Below, in pieces: positions 48,414 to 60,177 of a stretch of 64,000 bases of DNA (the first letter of the stretch is position 1; every line of letters starts with the position of its first letter). The notes beneath the pieces were generated by a model, which saw nothing but the letters and a program-made list of their open reading frames with translations, was not told the DNA's origin and ran no database searches. The stretch comes from Nemertoderma westbladi (lineage: Eukaryota; Animalia; Xenacoelomorpha), in assembly GCA_032718475.1 (NCBI GenBank), contig JAUCBJ010005606.1:1471-65470 (forward strand). Reading direction: 5' to 3'. Made by a program: the position numbers and the translations under genes.

Positions 48414-49306
48414 CACCATAACCCTTAATACAACAACCATTTTTAGGGGGTCGGAGCTCCCCCCCCCCCCCCCCCCCCCCCTATTTTTTTCAAATTTCTA
48501 TCAAATGCTACGATATTTGGTATGATGATAGATGACACCTTTTCTTACTGGAGGCCTGGCCGGATTTTTTAATTTGTGAGCTATTTCGATACAACAAGCC
48601 GTTAAAAATCGTCTATTTCGTAATATTTAGCCATCTACGTCAGCTTTATTTTTCGTCTTTGGAATGAGATCTAGATATCATTCGAAGCGCCTTCATCTGC
48701 AGATTCCGAATATGAAACCCGTAGTAAATTTCACCAAGAACTTCCGGAGATATTATCAAAATACTAAGAGGTAAATTTTGTGACGTAAATCGTTGTAATT
48801 CTAATGTTTTTTTTACTCAATTCTATAATATTAATTATGGGTAATGAAAATACAAGATGGAGAGTTTTAAACGCTCAGCTAAATAATAATTAATATTCTA
48901 GAATAAAGACAAGAAAACATCAGAATTATAGCGATTTACGTCTCTAAATTTACACATTAGTATTTTGATAATATCTTTACCAATTTTTGGTTAAATTTAA
49001 AACGGTTTTCAGATTCGGAATCTACAGACGCACACGCTTCGAATGATATCTAGATTACATTTCAAAGACGTAAAATAAAGTCTACGGAGGTGGTTAAACA
49101 TTGCTAAATGGACATTTTTTAAGGGATTGTTGTATGGAAATAACTGAGAAATTGAAAAATCCGGCCAGGCCACCAGTAAGAAAAGGTGTCGATCTATCAT
49201 CATACCCAATTTCGTAGCATTTGATTGAAATTTGAAAAAAAATTCGAGGGGGGGGGGGGGGGGCTCCGACTCCCTAAAAATGGTTGTTGTATTAAGGGTT
49301 ATGGTG
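48414..49306. mobile_element. Nearly fully palindromic MITE flanked by TA
   Basis: TA|CACCATAACCCTTAATACAACAACCATTTTTAGGG ... CCCTAAAAATGGTTGTTGTATTAAGGGTTATGGTG|TA; inverted similarity extends to the centre. Confidence 0.88.
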
Positions 49307-49989
49307 TATATATTGCTTATCCATTGTGCATAGATTGTACAGGAATGAATCTGTAAGCAGATTCAATTCCGCTGCATTACCCTCATAAAATGGGATAGTG
49401 GCATTTTCAGCAATATATTGGAGATACGAGATTAGCAGTAACTAATCTCGTACCACAACCAACATCGGGGACAGTACAAACCCCAAAGCTACACACAAAG
49501 GGAGGTTAGAGGTCAAACCACCTCGGAAGGGGAGACAGCTAGCAGGGGCCAGCGACAGGGGGGAAACACTCCCAGAGAGTGAAAAGCGTGAAGTAGGTTA
49601 TTAGCCAATAAGGGCGAAGGAGAGCATCCACTAGGTAAGAGGCCATGGTAATGTAGAAGTGATCACACATATTATCTATGTATATTGGTATATCATTCAG
49701 TTACTCAGATTGTCAGTTTTAGTGCAGACCGGTAACATTCTTCACCGTCACCAATATCAGTACAGCATACCGGTATCCATCAAATCTGTACTTCCGCTTT
49801 TATTGTGCTATCATTATCAACATTTAGAATATCAAGAGACTACATCAAACTCTCATTATTTTACTACATTGGCCTCGGCCTAGCTGCTAGCGCTATCCCT
49901 AAAGCAAAACGGTGACGCGTAGTATATTTATCCGGTCGGGATCACTTGATCCCGTCACAGTGAAGAATTCCCAACTGAACTGAACTGAA

Positions 49990-52900
49990 CTGTGACTGCC
50001 AGACGCCAGAGACAAAGAAAAGATGAGCACATGAGAACCCCGATTATCAGAGGGAGAGAGGACACCGCCGCGGACCTCGGACGACACCAACCAAACGATC
50101 CGCGAGGCCGCGACGAGACGGTATCGACCTGCGACACCGGATTCGCCGACGAGGGACGATCCGGTACCCCAAGCGGAGGGCGGCCGTCAATCACGAGAGA
50201 GGGACGAGTCGACGCACGACGGCGGTAGGAGTACCGAAGTCACCAGCCAGCCACAGGCCGAGGGCGACGGACGGCCCACCGGAACGGCGATGGTGGGGCC
50301 GCCGGTACGACGCCGAACCAGGAGAGGAGGAGGAGATGTCGGCGAAGAGGACGTTGGGACCAGCGATCGGCTACGACGGTCCTACAACGCCACGAAGAAA
50401 CTATTACAGGAGGCCAGAGAGGGAGGAAAGGTAAACCAGGGAAAGTTAAACCAACGGCTAGGTGAGTCGAATAAACACTTTCGGTATCTAGTTCGTTTTG
50501 GGCAGGGAGAACTGGTGAGTGAGAGAGCGAGGGGGGTCGCCACCGAACTATTCGAACTGTGGCAATCCGGGGTTATGGAGCCTGAAGTAGTGTACGTAGG
50601 GCCATATTTAGTGGATGCCAGGGGAATTAAGTTAGTGGGTTGGGTGGATCCGCATGAGGGCGAACCTGAGGTTAACCCCGAGGATTTGGTCTCGTCGGTT
50701 AGCGAGAACCCCAGAAAGCAGGGGAAAGTTAGTAGGACAGAGAGGCGACGGGAGTCTGTTGCGACCGATAAGTCCGCTACATCCTCCGCGAAAGCAAGAA
50801 GGGTGTTAGAGATAGATCTGGCGTGTCAACTAGACATGGTGGCGCTAGACCAGAAATAATTAGAGAGGCAGTTGGATGAGGGAACTGCTTTGTTAGAGAA
50901 AGAGAGAGAGTTGGCGAGGGAATGTAGAGAGAGGGCCGAAAGGGTGGCGAAGAACTGTAGAGAGCAAGAAGAGAGAGAGACAGAGGAACGTAAAGAGCGA
51001 GAGGCGAGAGTAGAGAACGAGCGTAAAGAGCGGGAGACGAGAGTAGAGAACGAGCGTAAAGAGCGAGAGATGAGAGTAGAGAACGAGCGTAAAGAGCGAG
51101 AAGTGAGAGAGGCAGCGAGGGTGGAGAGAGAAACGAATGAACATAAAGAGCGGGAGGCGAGAGTGGAGAGCGAGCGTAGAGAGCGGGAGGCGAGAGTAGA
51201 GAGCGAGCGTAGAGAGCGGGTGGCGAGAGAAACAGAGTTAGCGAACCAGAGTTTACGAGAGGATAGAGAGAGAGAGAGAGAGCGGGAAAGCGCATGCGGG
51301 ATGATATGCATGCCCAGTTGAGGGGGCTTATGCAATATCAGGCCAAGCAGAAGCGCCGACTAGACCTGGTGCAACTAGGATTATCTGAGAGTGAGGCTGG
51401 CTCGGGCAGTATTTACGAGGAGCCAGAAGTGATGGAAACGTTTGTTAATACCCCACTTGCAGGGACCGGACGACAGACCCAAGACTGGTGTAACCGTATG
51501 GGCGGGGGGGGGGGGGGGGGGTAATAATAATACGTTAGAAGGCATTAATATTAATAGTACCGTAGTAGACAACCCTAATCAAACTTTCATTGCAGGAAAT
51601 AATATTTTGCCCAGTAATAATAACTTAAATCCAAATAATTCTAACATAAATATACAAAATAATAACCCTAATATAAATATAGAAAATAATTCAAATAATA
51701 ATTTAAATTCAAATATACAAAATAATCCGATTCCAATTTAAATATACAAAATAATAATTCTAACATAAATACACAAAATAATTTAAATAACAACCCAAAT
51801 TCCGAACAGAATAATTTAAATAATTTAGGTAATAATGTTGTTGATAATGGTGCTATTAATATGAACGCGGGAGACATAGGTGGTCCGACCAGCGAGAGCC
51901 TGCAAGGCCACGTAGTTAGTATGCAGGGAGTAGCGGGGGTGAGTCAACCTGACGGGAGCCTGCAAGGCCACGCAGTAGTAGAGGGAGAGGCGGGGGTGAA
52001 TAGACCCAGCCGCAGTAGAGATAGTGCGTCGAATAGAGAGGGGCGTAGAAGCGAAGTAGAAGATAGTGAAGCAATAGGTGGCGAGTGGGGGGGGGGGGGG
52101 GGTACAGGCGTCCCACCACGGGAGATTAGTGGTGCGAGGGGGGGCAGACAATGTCCCACGGGCGTCGGCGGATCATGCGAGGGGCAAGTTAGGTGAACCG
52201 CAGCACCCGGCGATGGAGAATAGTAGGGGGATTACGAATATCCCCAGCAGCATCCAACCAGCTAGAGAGAGAGATGTTGGCGTTGTGAGCAGGCGAGCGA
52301 AAAGACGCCGAGCCCAGTCAGAAGACGGAAGAAGAACAGTGGAGTTTAACCGGGAGGTCAACGAGAGATCTCATGAGCGGGAACGCTACACTGAAGAGAG
52401 AAGAAGAGAAGAGAATTGGAGAAGCGTTGCTACGAGCGACTGGAGAGCGAGGATGGATAGCGAGCCGTCGGTAGTAGAGATGGAGTTGGAGAGTCAGTGG
52501 GGTCGAACTCCGGGAGATTGCCGTCGCCCCGGAGAGACGCAGCCTGGCGAAATATATCATACGCCAGGAGAGGGGTACAGAATGTACTGGTACGAGGACG
52601 AGAACAGGAGAGGGGATCGAAGAGAAACTTCCCAACGGGATATAGCTGCCGATCGAGGGTACGGTAGTCGCAGGGAGGACTTCTTGGATTATTCGAGAAG
52701 GTTAAACTTCGGTCCGGAAGGACACATACAGACTGCAGGACATACTGTAGGCCTTACTGCACATACTATAGGCCATGCTGGGAGAGATAGTGTAGGCGAT
52801 AGGGTAGCGCGAACAACGGGATTAGATCCGGAAGTCGCGGCATATATACCGGTAGGTAGGCAAGAAGTGGATAGGCCTATACCGGTACCAGCACAGCAGT

Positions 52901-55900
52901 ATGACTATAATATGCAGGGACATAACATATATCCAGGGGAGGGGAGAGTTATTGCAGATAGGTGTATGGGCCCCAATATATTAACATCAACCCCAGTACC
53001 AAACATACCACCGGTGGGGGGGGGGGGGGGACAGGGTGACATTCCCCCATTACAATATCAACAATACACTCAACCGGGAATAAGAACATCGAACCCCCTG
53101 GACGAGAACAGATCTTGCGACACGGAGATATGGAGGGGGCCGTTACCCCCAATGGTATATCCGACGCAAAGAAAGTCAACAGGCCCGACGGGCGGACCGC
53201 ACCCAACGGGAGAATCTGTACAGCATCCCTCGAACCCATTGGAAGCACAGGCAATGGGAATGGCAACACTTATCGATGCGCTCAAGACCAGGATCGAGCT
53301 ACCACCAGTAGAGCCATTTAAATTCGACGGAAGCAGACCGGAAGAATACCTGCAATTCCGACGCATGTACAGCAACGAGATATTAACTAAGAACCTGACG
53401 CAGGCGGAGTGCCTAAAATATCTACAGGTATACACAGGAGGCCCAGCGTACGACATCGTGAGGCAGTATCAGGGCATCGAGGGTGGCTTCACGACTGCAT
53501 GGCGGGCCCTAGACAGGGAATACGGACACCCTGCCAAGATCATCCGGCAGACCCTGAGGGGAATAACATCGGGTGGCCTACAGGATAACCCTGTTAGCAT
53601 AAAGACCTTCGCGAACAAGGTCGAGAAGGCGTTAATCGTGCTGAAAACGCTAGACGCGCCATACGAACTCAACGCATCTAATAATATCACCACGATAGCG
53701 CAGGCACTGCCGATCTGGCTGCGCAATAAATGGAGAAAGATCGCCTTCTCCACCCGGGAGAAGAAAGGTGCGGAACCGGGCCTAGAGGAAATGTCGAACT
53801 TCCTCAACTACGAAGCAGAGTTAATCACGGACCCAGTCTACAGCGAGGATAGTCTGGGGAAGGCGCCGAGGGCCGAATACAACAGGCCGAAACCAGAGCA
53901 CAATGCGGCAAATGCGTTGCCAAAATTAAGACAATCCCTACCATACGCGGCGTCACAGGGGACTGCAAGTCCACAGATAGCTGGGAGTGGGGCCAGACTG
54001 TGGCACGAACAGGGACAAAATAACAACACAAACAAATATAATCCCAACACACCCAGTAGGCCAAACCCAAATAACCAAAACACTAAACCGGTAGACGTGA
54101 ACCTACGCGCAATACGTATAGGGCTATATAGGGAATGTTACAACCCAGAATAGAAATGTCAATTGCATAAAGACAGAACCCATAAGACCATGGACTGTAA
54201 GCATTGGCTGGCATTACCCGAACAAGATCGGAAAGCCTATGCGGATAAGAATGGAATTTGTCACCGATGTGTGGTAGGAGGACACAAGGTTGAAGAGTGT
54301 AAGGAGACACCAGTAAGATTCGGTCAAGGCAAAGGTCAAACAATGGCGACAAGCACCATAGGGGCGAAGAAAAGGGGAACGGTGCTACTGGGGGTGGTAC
54401 CGGTGAGGGTAATAGGAGAGGGCGGTCGATCAGTTACTACCTTGATGCTGGTTGACAGTGGAGCAGCCTTCACATTGGTGGAGAATTGGGTGGCTGAAGA
54501 GATAGGGTTACAGACGAGGCCAAGCAGAATGGCGGTAACTACCATCTCCAGCAAAGATGAGGTCCTGGAGATGAGGACGGGAAGGTGCGAGATATCAGCG
54601 ATAGCACCGGGATGTGACTATGGGGCGACCATCGACCCCATCTAGGTAATAGAATCAATCAACATAAACACCAGCCGACCAACTAACATCGAGGTCGACC
54701 AGTATAGATTCCTGGACAACATCGATTTCTCGATACCAGAGGTGGACGTCAGGAAGGTATCCATCATAGTGGGAATGGACTGCCCGACGGCTCACGAAAG
54801 AGTACAGACGATCTTCGGGGAAGACAGACAGCGCGATCCGATGGCAATTCTCACACCATTCGGATGGACGCTGAGCGGCCCAATCAAAACCAAAATTCCA
54901 TTTAGGATGTCGGAGACATCGGGGTGCATGTTCGCGGGGACTATGAGGGAGATGGAAGATGAAGGAGCGGAGGAACAGCTGAAGAGACTGTTGAGGCAGG
55001 CTTTTGAAGGACTGAAGGAGACCGGGGTCGGAACCTCGGTAGAGGATAAACAGGCAGTTGCAGAGTGTGAAGGAGTCGATGAGATGCGACGAGGGACGGT
55101 ACACCATAGGCATGGTGTGGAAACAGCCGAAGTTGCCGTTGCCTGACAACAAGAGGATGGTACTCACGAGGCTTCGCATACTGAAGCAAACGCTTAAACG
55201 GAGCCCCGAGAAGGATGAGTACATCCATAGGACGATAAAGAAGTACGCCGAGAAAGGATGGGCCGTGGAGTTGCCGGTTGACGAACCAATCACGGACAGG
55301 ACCTACTACCTGCCACTTCATGTGGCTTTAGACCCAAAGAAGGGTAACTGCGGATGGTGGTTGACGCATCGGCTAAAACCAATGGCAAGAGCCTGAACGA
55401 CTATCTGCTCAAGGGCCCCAATATCTACAACTCGGGGATAGAGGTCTTGTTGAGATTTAGGAATGGGAGGCACACCTTCACGTGCGACATCGAAGGCATG
55501 TTCAACCAGGTCCGTATGACGGAGGAGGACAGCGACAGCCAGCGCTTCCTATGGTACAACGGCGACGAGGAATCATCGACAATACCGATGTACAAGATGG
55601 TGGTGCAGAACATGGGGGCCAAGTCGTCCTCATTCACGACGACTGTGGCTGTAAGAGATACGGTAGAGGGGAAAGAGGGGAAGTATAGCGCCAAAGCGAT
55701 CGATATGATTCGACACAGCTTCTATGTAGACGACGGGATGGAGTCTGGAAACACGGTTAAAGAATTACTGGACACAGGGCGCGAGGTTCGCGACATCCTG
55801 AAAGGATCCGGATTTAACCTGACCAAGTTTCAGTCCAGCTCAGAGGAGTTTATGAAAGCCATAGAGGACAGGCGGCCAGAGTCGACCATGGACAACCCCA

Positions 55901-58330
55901 CAACAGCCAAGGGACAGGACATGGCGGACAAGAGAGTAGAGTCTCAGCAGAAGGCGCTGGGGATCGTGTGGAACCGGGAGACGGACGAGTTCAAGTACCA
56001 ACAGAGCCAGGAGGGCGCGGAGATCCACACAAAGAGGGGCTATGTATCGTACATAGCAAGGATATACGATCCCTTAGGCCTGGCATCCCCATTGTTAGTC
56101 ACGGGGAAGCAGATACTTAAGAAAGTATATAAGTTAAAGGACGAGTGGGATACGGAGGTCCCGGAAGAGATATGCAAGCAATGGAGCAAGTGGACAGGGA
56201 GTCAAGAACAGATGGGGACGTACAGCATGCCACGCGTGTATTTCCCGAACGGGGACATGACGGATCTGGACCTACACATGTTCTCCGATGCATCATTGGA
56301 AGCATACGGAGCGGCACTCTACCTAGTACAGCGAAAGGGGGCTCATAAGCCCAGACTTGCATTCAGTAAAGCAAAGTCGATGCCGCCAGATTCAGCATCA
56401 GTCCCAAAATTCGAGTTGACAGCTGCAAGATTAGGAGTAAGGGCCACAGCCTACTTGATGGACACTATTCCCAACATAGTGGAAACACACTACTGGATGG
56501 ACTCCATGGTAGTGCTCGGGTGGCTGCACAACGAGAAGACGAGATACCCTATATTCGTCGTGAATAGGGTGGACGAAATATGGGCGACGACAGACTTGGA
56601 AAGGTGGCACTACTGCCCAACGGACGAGAACCCAGCAGACTTGTTATCGAGGGGTGTGGCACGCCACACTTTCTCAAAGAAGGAAGTGCTATGGCAGCAT
56701 GGGCCACACTTCCTGAATGATAGATCGGCCTGGCCACCAATGAAGAAGGTGGACCCGGGCTCAGAGGAAGTAGCACCAGGGGAAGAGGGAGAAGATTCAG
56801 AAGGAGAAGAGATATATAGTCAGATGGTGAGGGAAGTCAGGGAGGTACAACCGAAATTATAAGAGCCATGTGACAACCCGACGGATAGGATACTCAGCTA
56901 CAGCTCCAGTTGGTACAAGACCAAGAAGTTGGTAGCGTACTGGAGGGCCTACGGGGATTTCCTCAAGGGAGTTGGCAAGGACGCCAAGAGGAAACCAAAT
57001 ATCTATCGAGTTAGCAAACAACAACATCTTCGTCGGGACAGCGAGCTCATCACGCTGTCACCACAACTCAACGATGACGGGATTCTAGTGATGAATTCCA
57101 GAGTGCTGAATAACAACAGCCTTATCATTCCACCAAAACCCATTATCATCCCCAACAGATCGCTGATAGTCCACCAGATCAATTGGGACTCCCACAAGTC
57201 GATAGGCACCAACCAGACCCTCACAGAGATACGGAGGACCTTCTGGATCGCGCAGCTAAGAAAGAAGGTGAAGGCGGTAGTGGGGCAGTGCCAGACCTGC
57301 CGACGGACAAGGAAGGAGAGGGCCGTACAGGAGATGGCGCCATTACCGGCCAGTAGAGTGAGACAGCACGACCCGCCATTCACGCACTGCGGCGTAGACA
57401 TGTACGGGCTGATTAAGATCAAGGTGATGCGACACACGGAGAAACGATACGGCATCATCTTCGTATGTAACAACACGAGGGCGGTAGGAATAGAACTCGC
57501 CCAAGACGCCACGGCATCGGCATTCATCAATGCCTTAGAGAGATTTAGAGACCGCAAAGGTGGAACGATCGCAGTGATCTATTCCGACAATGGAACCAAC
57601 TATGTGGGAGCGGAGAACGAGTTGGCGGAGGCCTTGGACATCCTAGAAGGAGAAGAGGTCAGGGCAGCCATGAGGATACAACAGGTGAAGTGGGAAAGGA
57701 GGACGCCGTATGCGCCACATACGTTAGGATGCGTCGAGAGGCTTGTGGGTAGTTCCAAGCATCTGATGACGAAGTTGATGAACACCCACATGGTGACAGA
57801 GGACATTCTAAGAACGGTGCTAGCTAAGTGTGAGGGAATCATTAATAGCAGACCGCTATACCCGGAGAATGACGACCCGGAATCACTAGACGTGCTAACA
57901 CCGAGCCAATTTCTGATGGAAAGGCCAGCGACCATCGACATGCGGGGTGTAGACCCAGATGACATACACTCCCGACAGAGTTGGAAAGTCGCCAAGGCGA
58001 TAAGCGCCGAGTATTGGAGGAGGTGGGTCGAGGAATACCTACCCACATTACACAGGAGGAGCAAGTGGAGAAACACCACTCGAGAGTTAAAGAAAGGTGA
58101 CTTAGTGATCGTCACTGACGACACAATCATCAACAATCAGTGGAGGCTAGCGAGAGTAGTAGACACTTACCCTGACGAGGACGGAAGAGTCCGATCGGTG
58201 GAAGTGCGGATAGGGGTAAGATAGGAGCTAAAGATAGAAAGACCTACAGGAGGACTGTAGGGAAGTGCTGCCTATTATAAGGGGCAGCATAGAGTTTAGT
58301 CGTCCAAGTGTTGGACTGAGGGGGGTGGGA
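49990..58330 (+). mobile_element. Decayed BEL/Pao LTR retrotransposon gag-pol
   Basis: Gag FDGSRPEEYLQF..YLQVYTGGPA; Zn knuckle CHRCVVGGHKVEEC; protease LVDSGA; RT FYVDDG; RNase H FSDASLEAYGA; integrase SDNGTNYVG..ERLV; C-terminal WRRWVEEYLPTL. Order is PR-RT-RH-IN. In-frame stops at 50857, 54151, 54643 and 56860, plus frameshifts. Paired LTRs not found. Confidence 0.92.
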
Positions 58331-58479
58331 TTGAGGGCGAGACGCCCTTCCCACACAAAATATAAAAAAATAATAAAAATAATAAATTGATGATTGTGGT
58401 GCATATAATGCTAATGCTAAATAATTGTGGTGCATATGTGTGTTGCGTCTCAAATTCGCAAAACTCGAATCTAAGAAAC

Positions 58480-59410
58480 CAATAAGAATGGACAGATGCA
58501 TATCAACGCTATGTCCCATAATTAAAGACGGCAAGAAATACATAGGAACACTATTAAATAACGCACTAGAAGGGTTAGGGGTTATATATCCCATTATTAT
58601 TCCAAAACAGTCACAAATAGTTGTTAAAATCATAGCGGATTGCCATACGAAGGTTCAGCATCGCGTAACAAAAGAAACTATGGCAAGAGATAAGACTAAA
58701 TTATTGGATACATTCGTTAAGAACAGATAATGACACCATTGCCAGAAGAACGTCTTACGGCGTATTTTACATTTTTCGCATTTTACAAATAGCGGAGTAA
58801 ATCTATTTTGACATATAAGAGTGAAGATAGGACGCAAATACGACAAGGTGGGGTGCGATAATGGTATGTTACGCCAGCAGGGTGGTCGCTCTTTAAATAG
58901 TGAGGAATGTAAAGTGTGGAGGCATTCATTAACACATTACGATGTTTCATCAGCAACCACGGAGGGATGAAAACTATAAATTCTGACAACGGGGGAAACT
59001 TCATAGGTTCGAATGAGGAACTGAGAACACTATACCAATACGCACAGACGCAAGAAGTTAATGCAACATCTATGAGAAACTGGCTATTGAAATTCCATAT
59101 GACATAGGCACCACATTCCTCAGGGGTGTGGTAGCAGTTAATTGGTACAACTAAGAAGCAGATGTTAGCGGTTACACGGAACAGATGTCTTAATGAAGAT
59201 ACACTAGCAACAATATTTGCCGAGACAGCAGCCATTATGCACCCAAAGTGATGACCCGGAGTCGTATGAGGTACTTACACCAAGCCACCTGCTACTACAG
59301 AGGCCAGTACAGGTACTGACGCTGGAGTTAATTGATGGCAGAGATTCCTATTCCAAGCGGACGTTGAAGGTAGGTAAAGAAATTTAAAGATTATTCTGGT
59401 AGAGATGGGT
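58480..59410 (+). mobile_element. Second, more decayed BEL/Pao integrase fragment
   Basis: PIIIPKQSQIV..DCH; EAFINTLRCFISNHGGMKTINSDNGGNFIG; APHSSGVW; LTPSHLLL. Confidence 0.8.
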
Positions 59411-60177
59411 AGAGGATAGCAGGAGCAGGAATAAACTGGAATAGAAAATATAACTGATAACTTTCATCCACATCAAGATGCCGTGTGTCCTTCCTTCATG
59501 TCATTTAAGCAGTTCCGTCACTCTATGTTACGGCAGCTTATTATATATAACACGTCCAAACCATTTCGGCACCTTTGGACTGCGACTACAGAGACGATAT
59601 AACGAGTTTGTATTTAATCAGTAGAGGTTTAATTAAACTAATCCCATGCCATATAGAGAGAACAAACCAAATATACAGTAGTCATAGTTTCATAGTCCAT
59701 ATTAGTTGAGAAAATTCCAAGATAATCATAAGTTATGTAAGTTATCACATTTTGACTTTATTATTGTTATATTAATTTGAGTATTAAATCTTAATATCAT
59801 AAACTGTAGAACCATTCTGACTTCCAGACTTGTCCAAGTCTACACAGGGCTATACATATCATCCAACTCAAAGAACATTCGCAATGGTCGTAAAAAAGTC
59901 ACATATCCATAATGTTTGTATAAAGTAAACCGTTGTATAAAGGCAACAAATATCTATTCCACTCTACCCACGTAGTTAAATTCCATTTCCTTTTCCAAAT
60001 AAGCTCTAATATTAATATCTGTACGCAACATATTCCTCCCTCGTTACTGCGGACACTAGTACACTATTAATTAATTAATGTTGAACTAAATGTAGAAAAT
60101 GTAGTCAATTTCTATTATATTTGTTAGATTGAGGCAATATTCTTCAAATAATGTAATATTGTTTGTTTTAAGATAGA

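Noticed and set aside
49336-49890. 5' LTR and primer-binding site of the BEL element (..TACTACA then TTGGCCTCGG)
   Set aside because: No matching 3' LTR found after 58330, so boundaries cannot be supported.
52949-58136. Long antisense ORFs over BEL gag-pol and short antisense ORFs over the receptor genes
   Set aside because: Shadow frames of real coding sequence, with no independent motifs.
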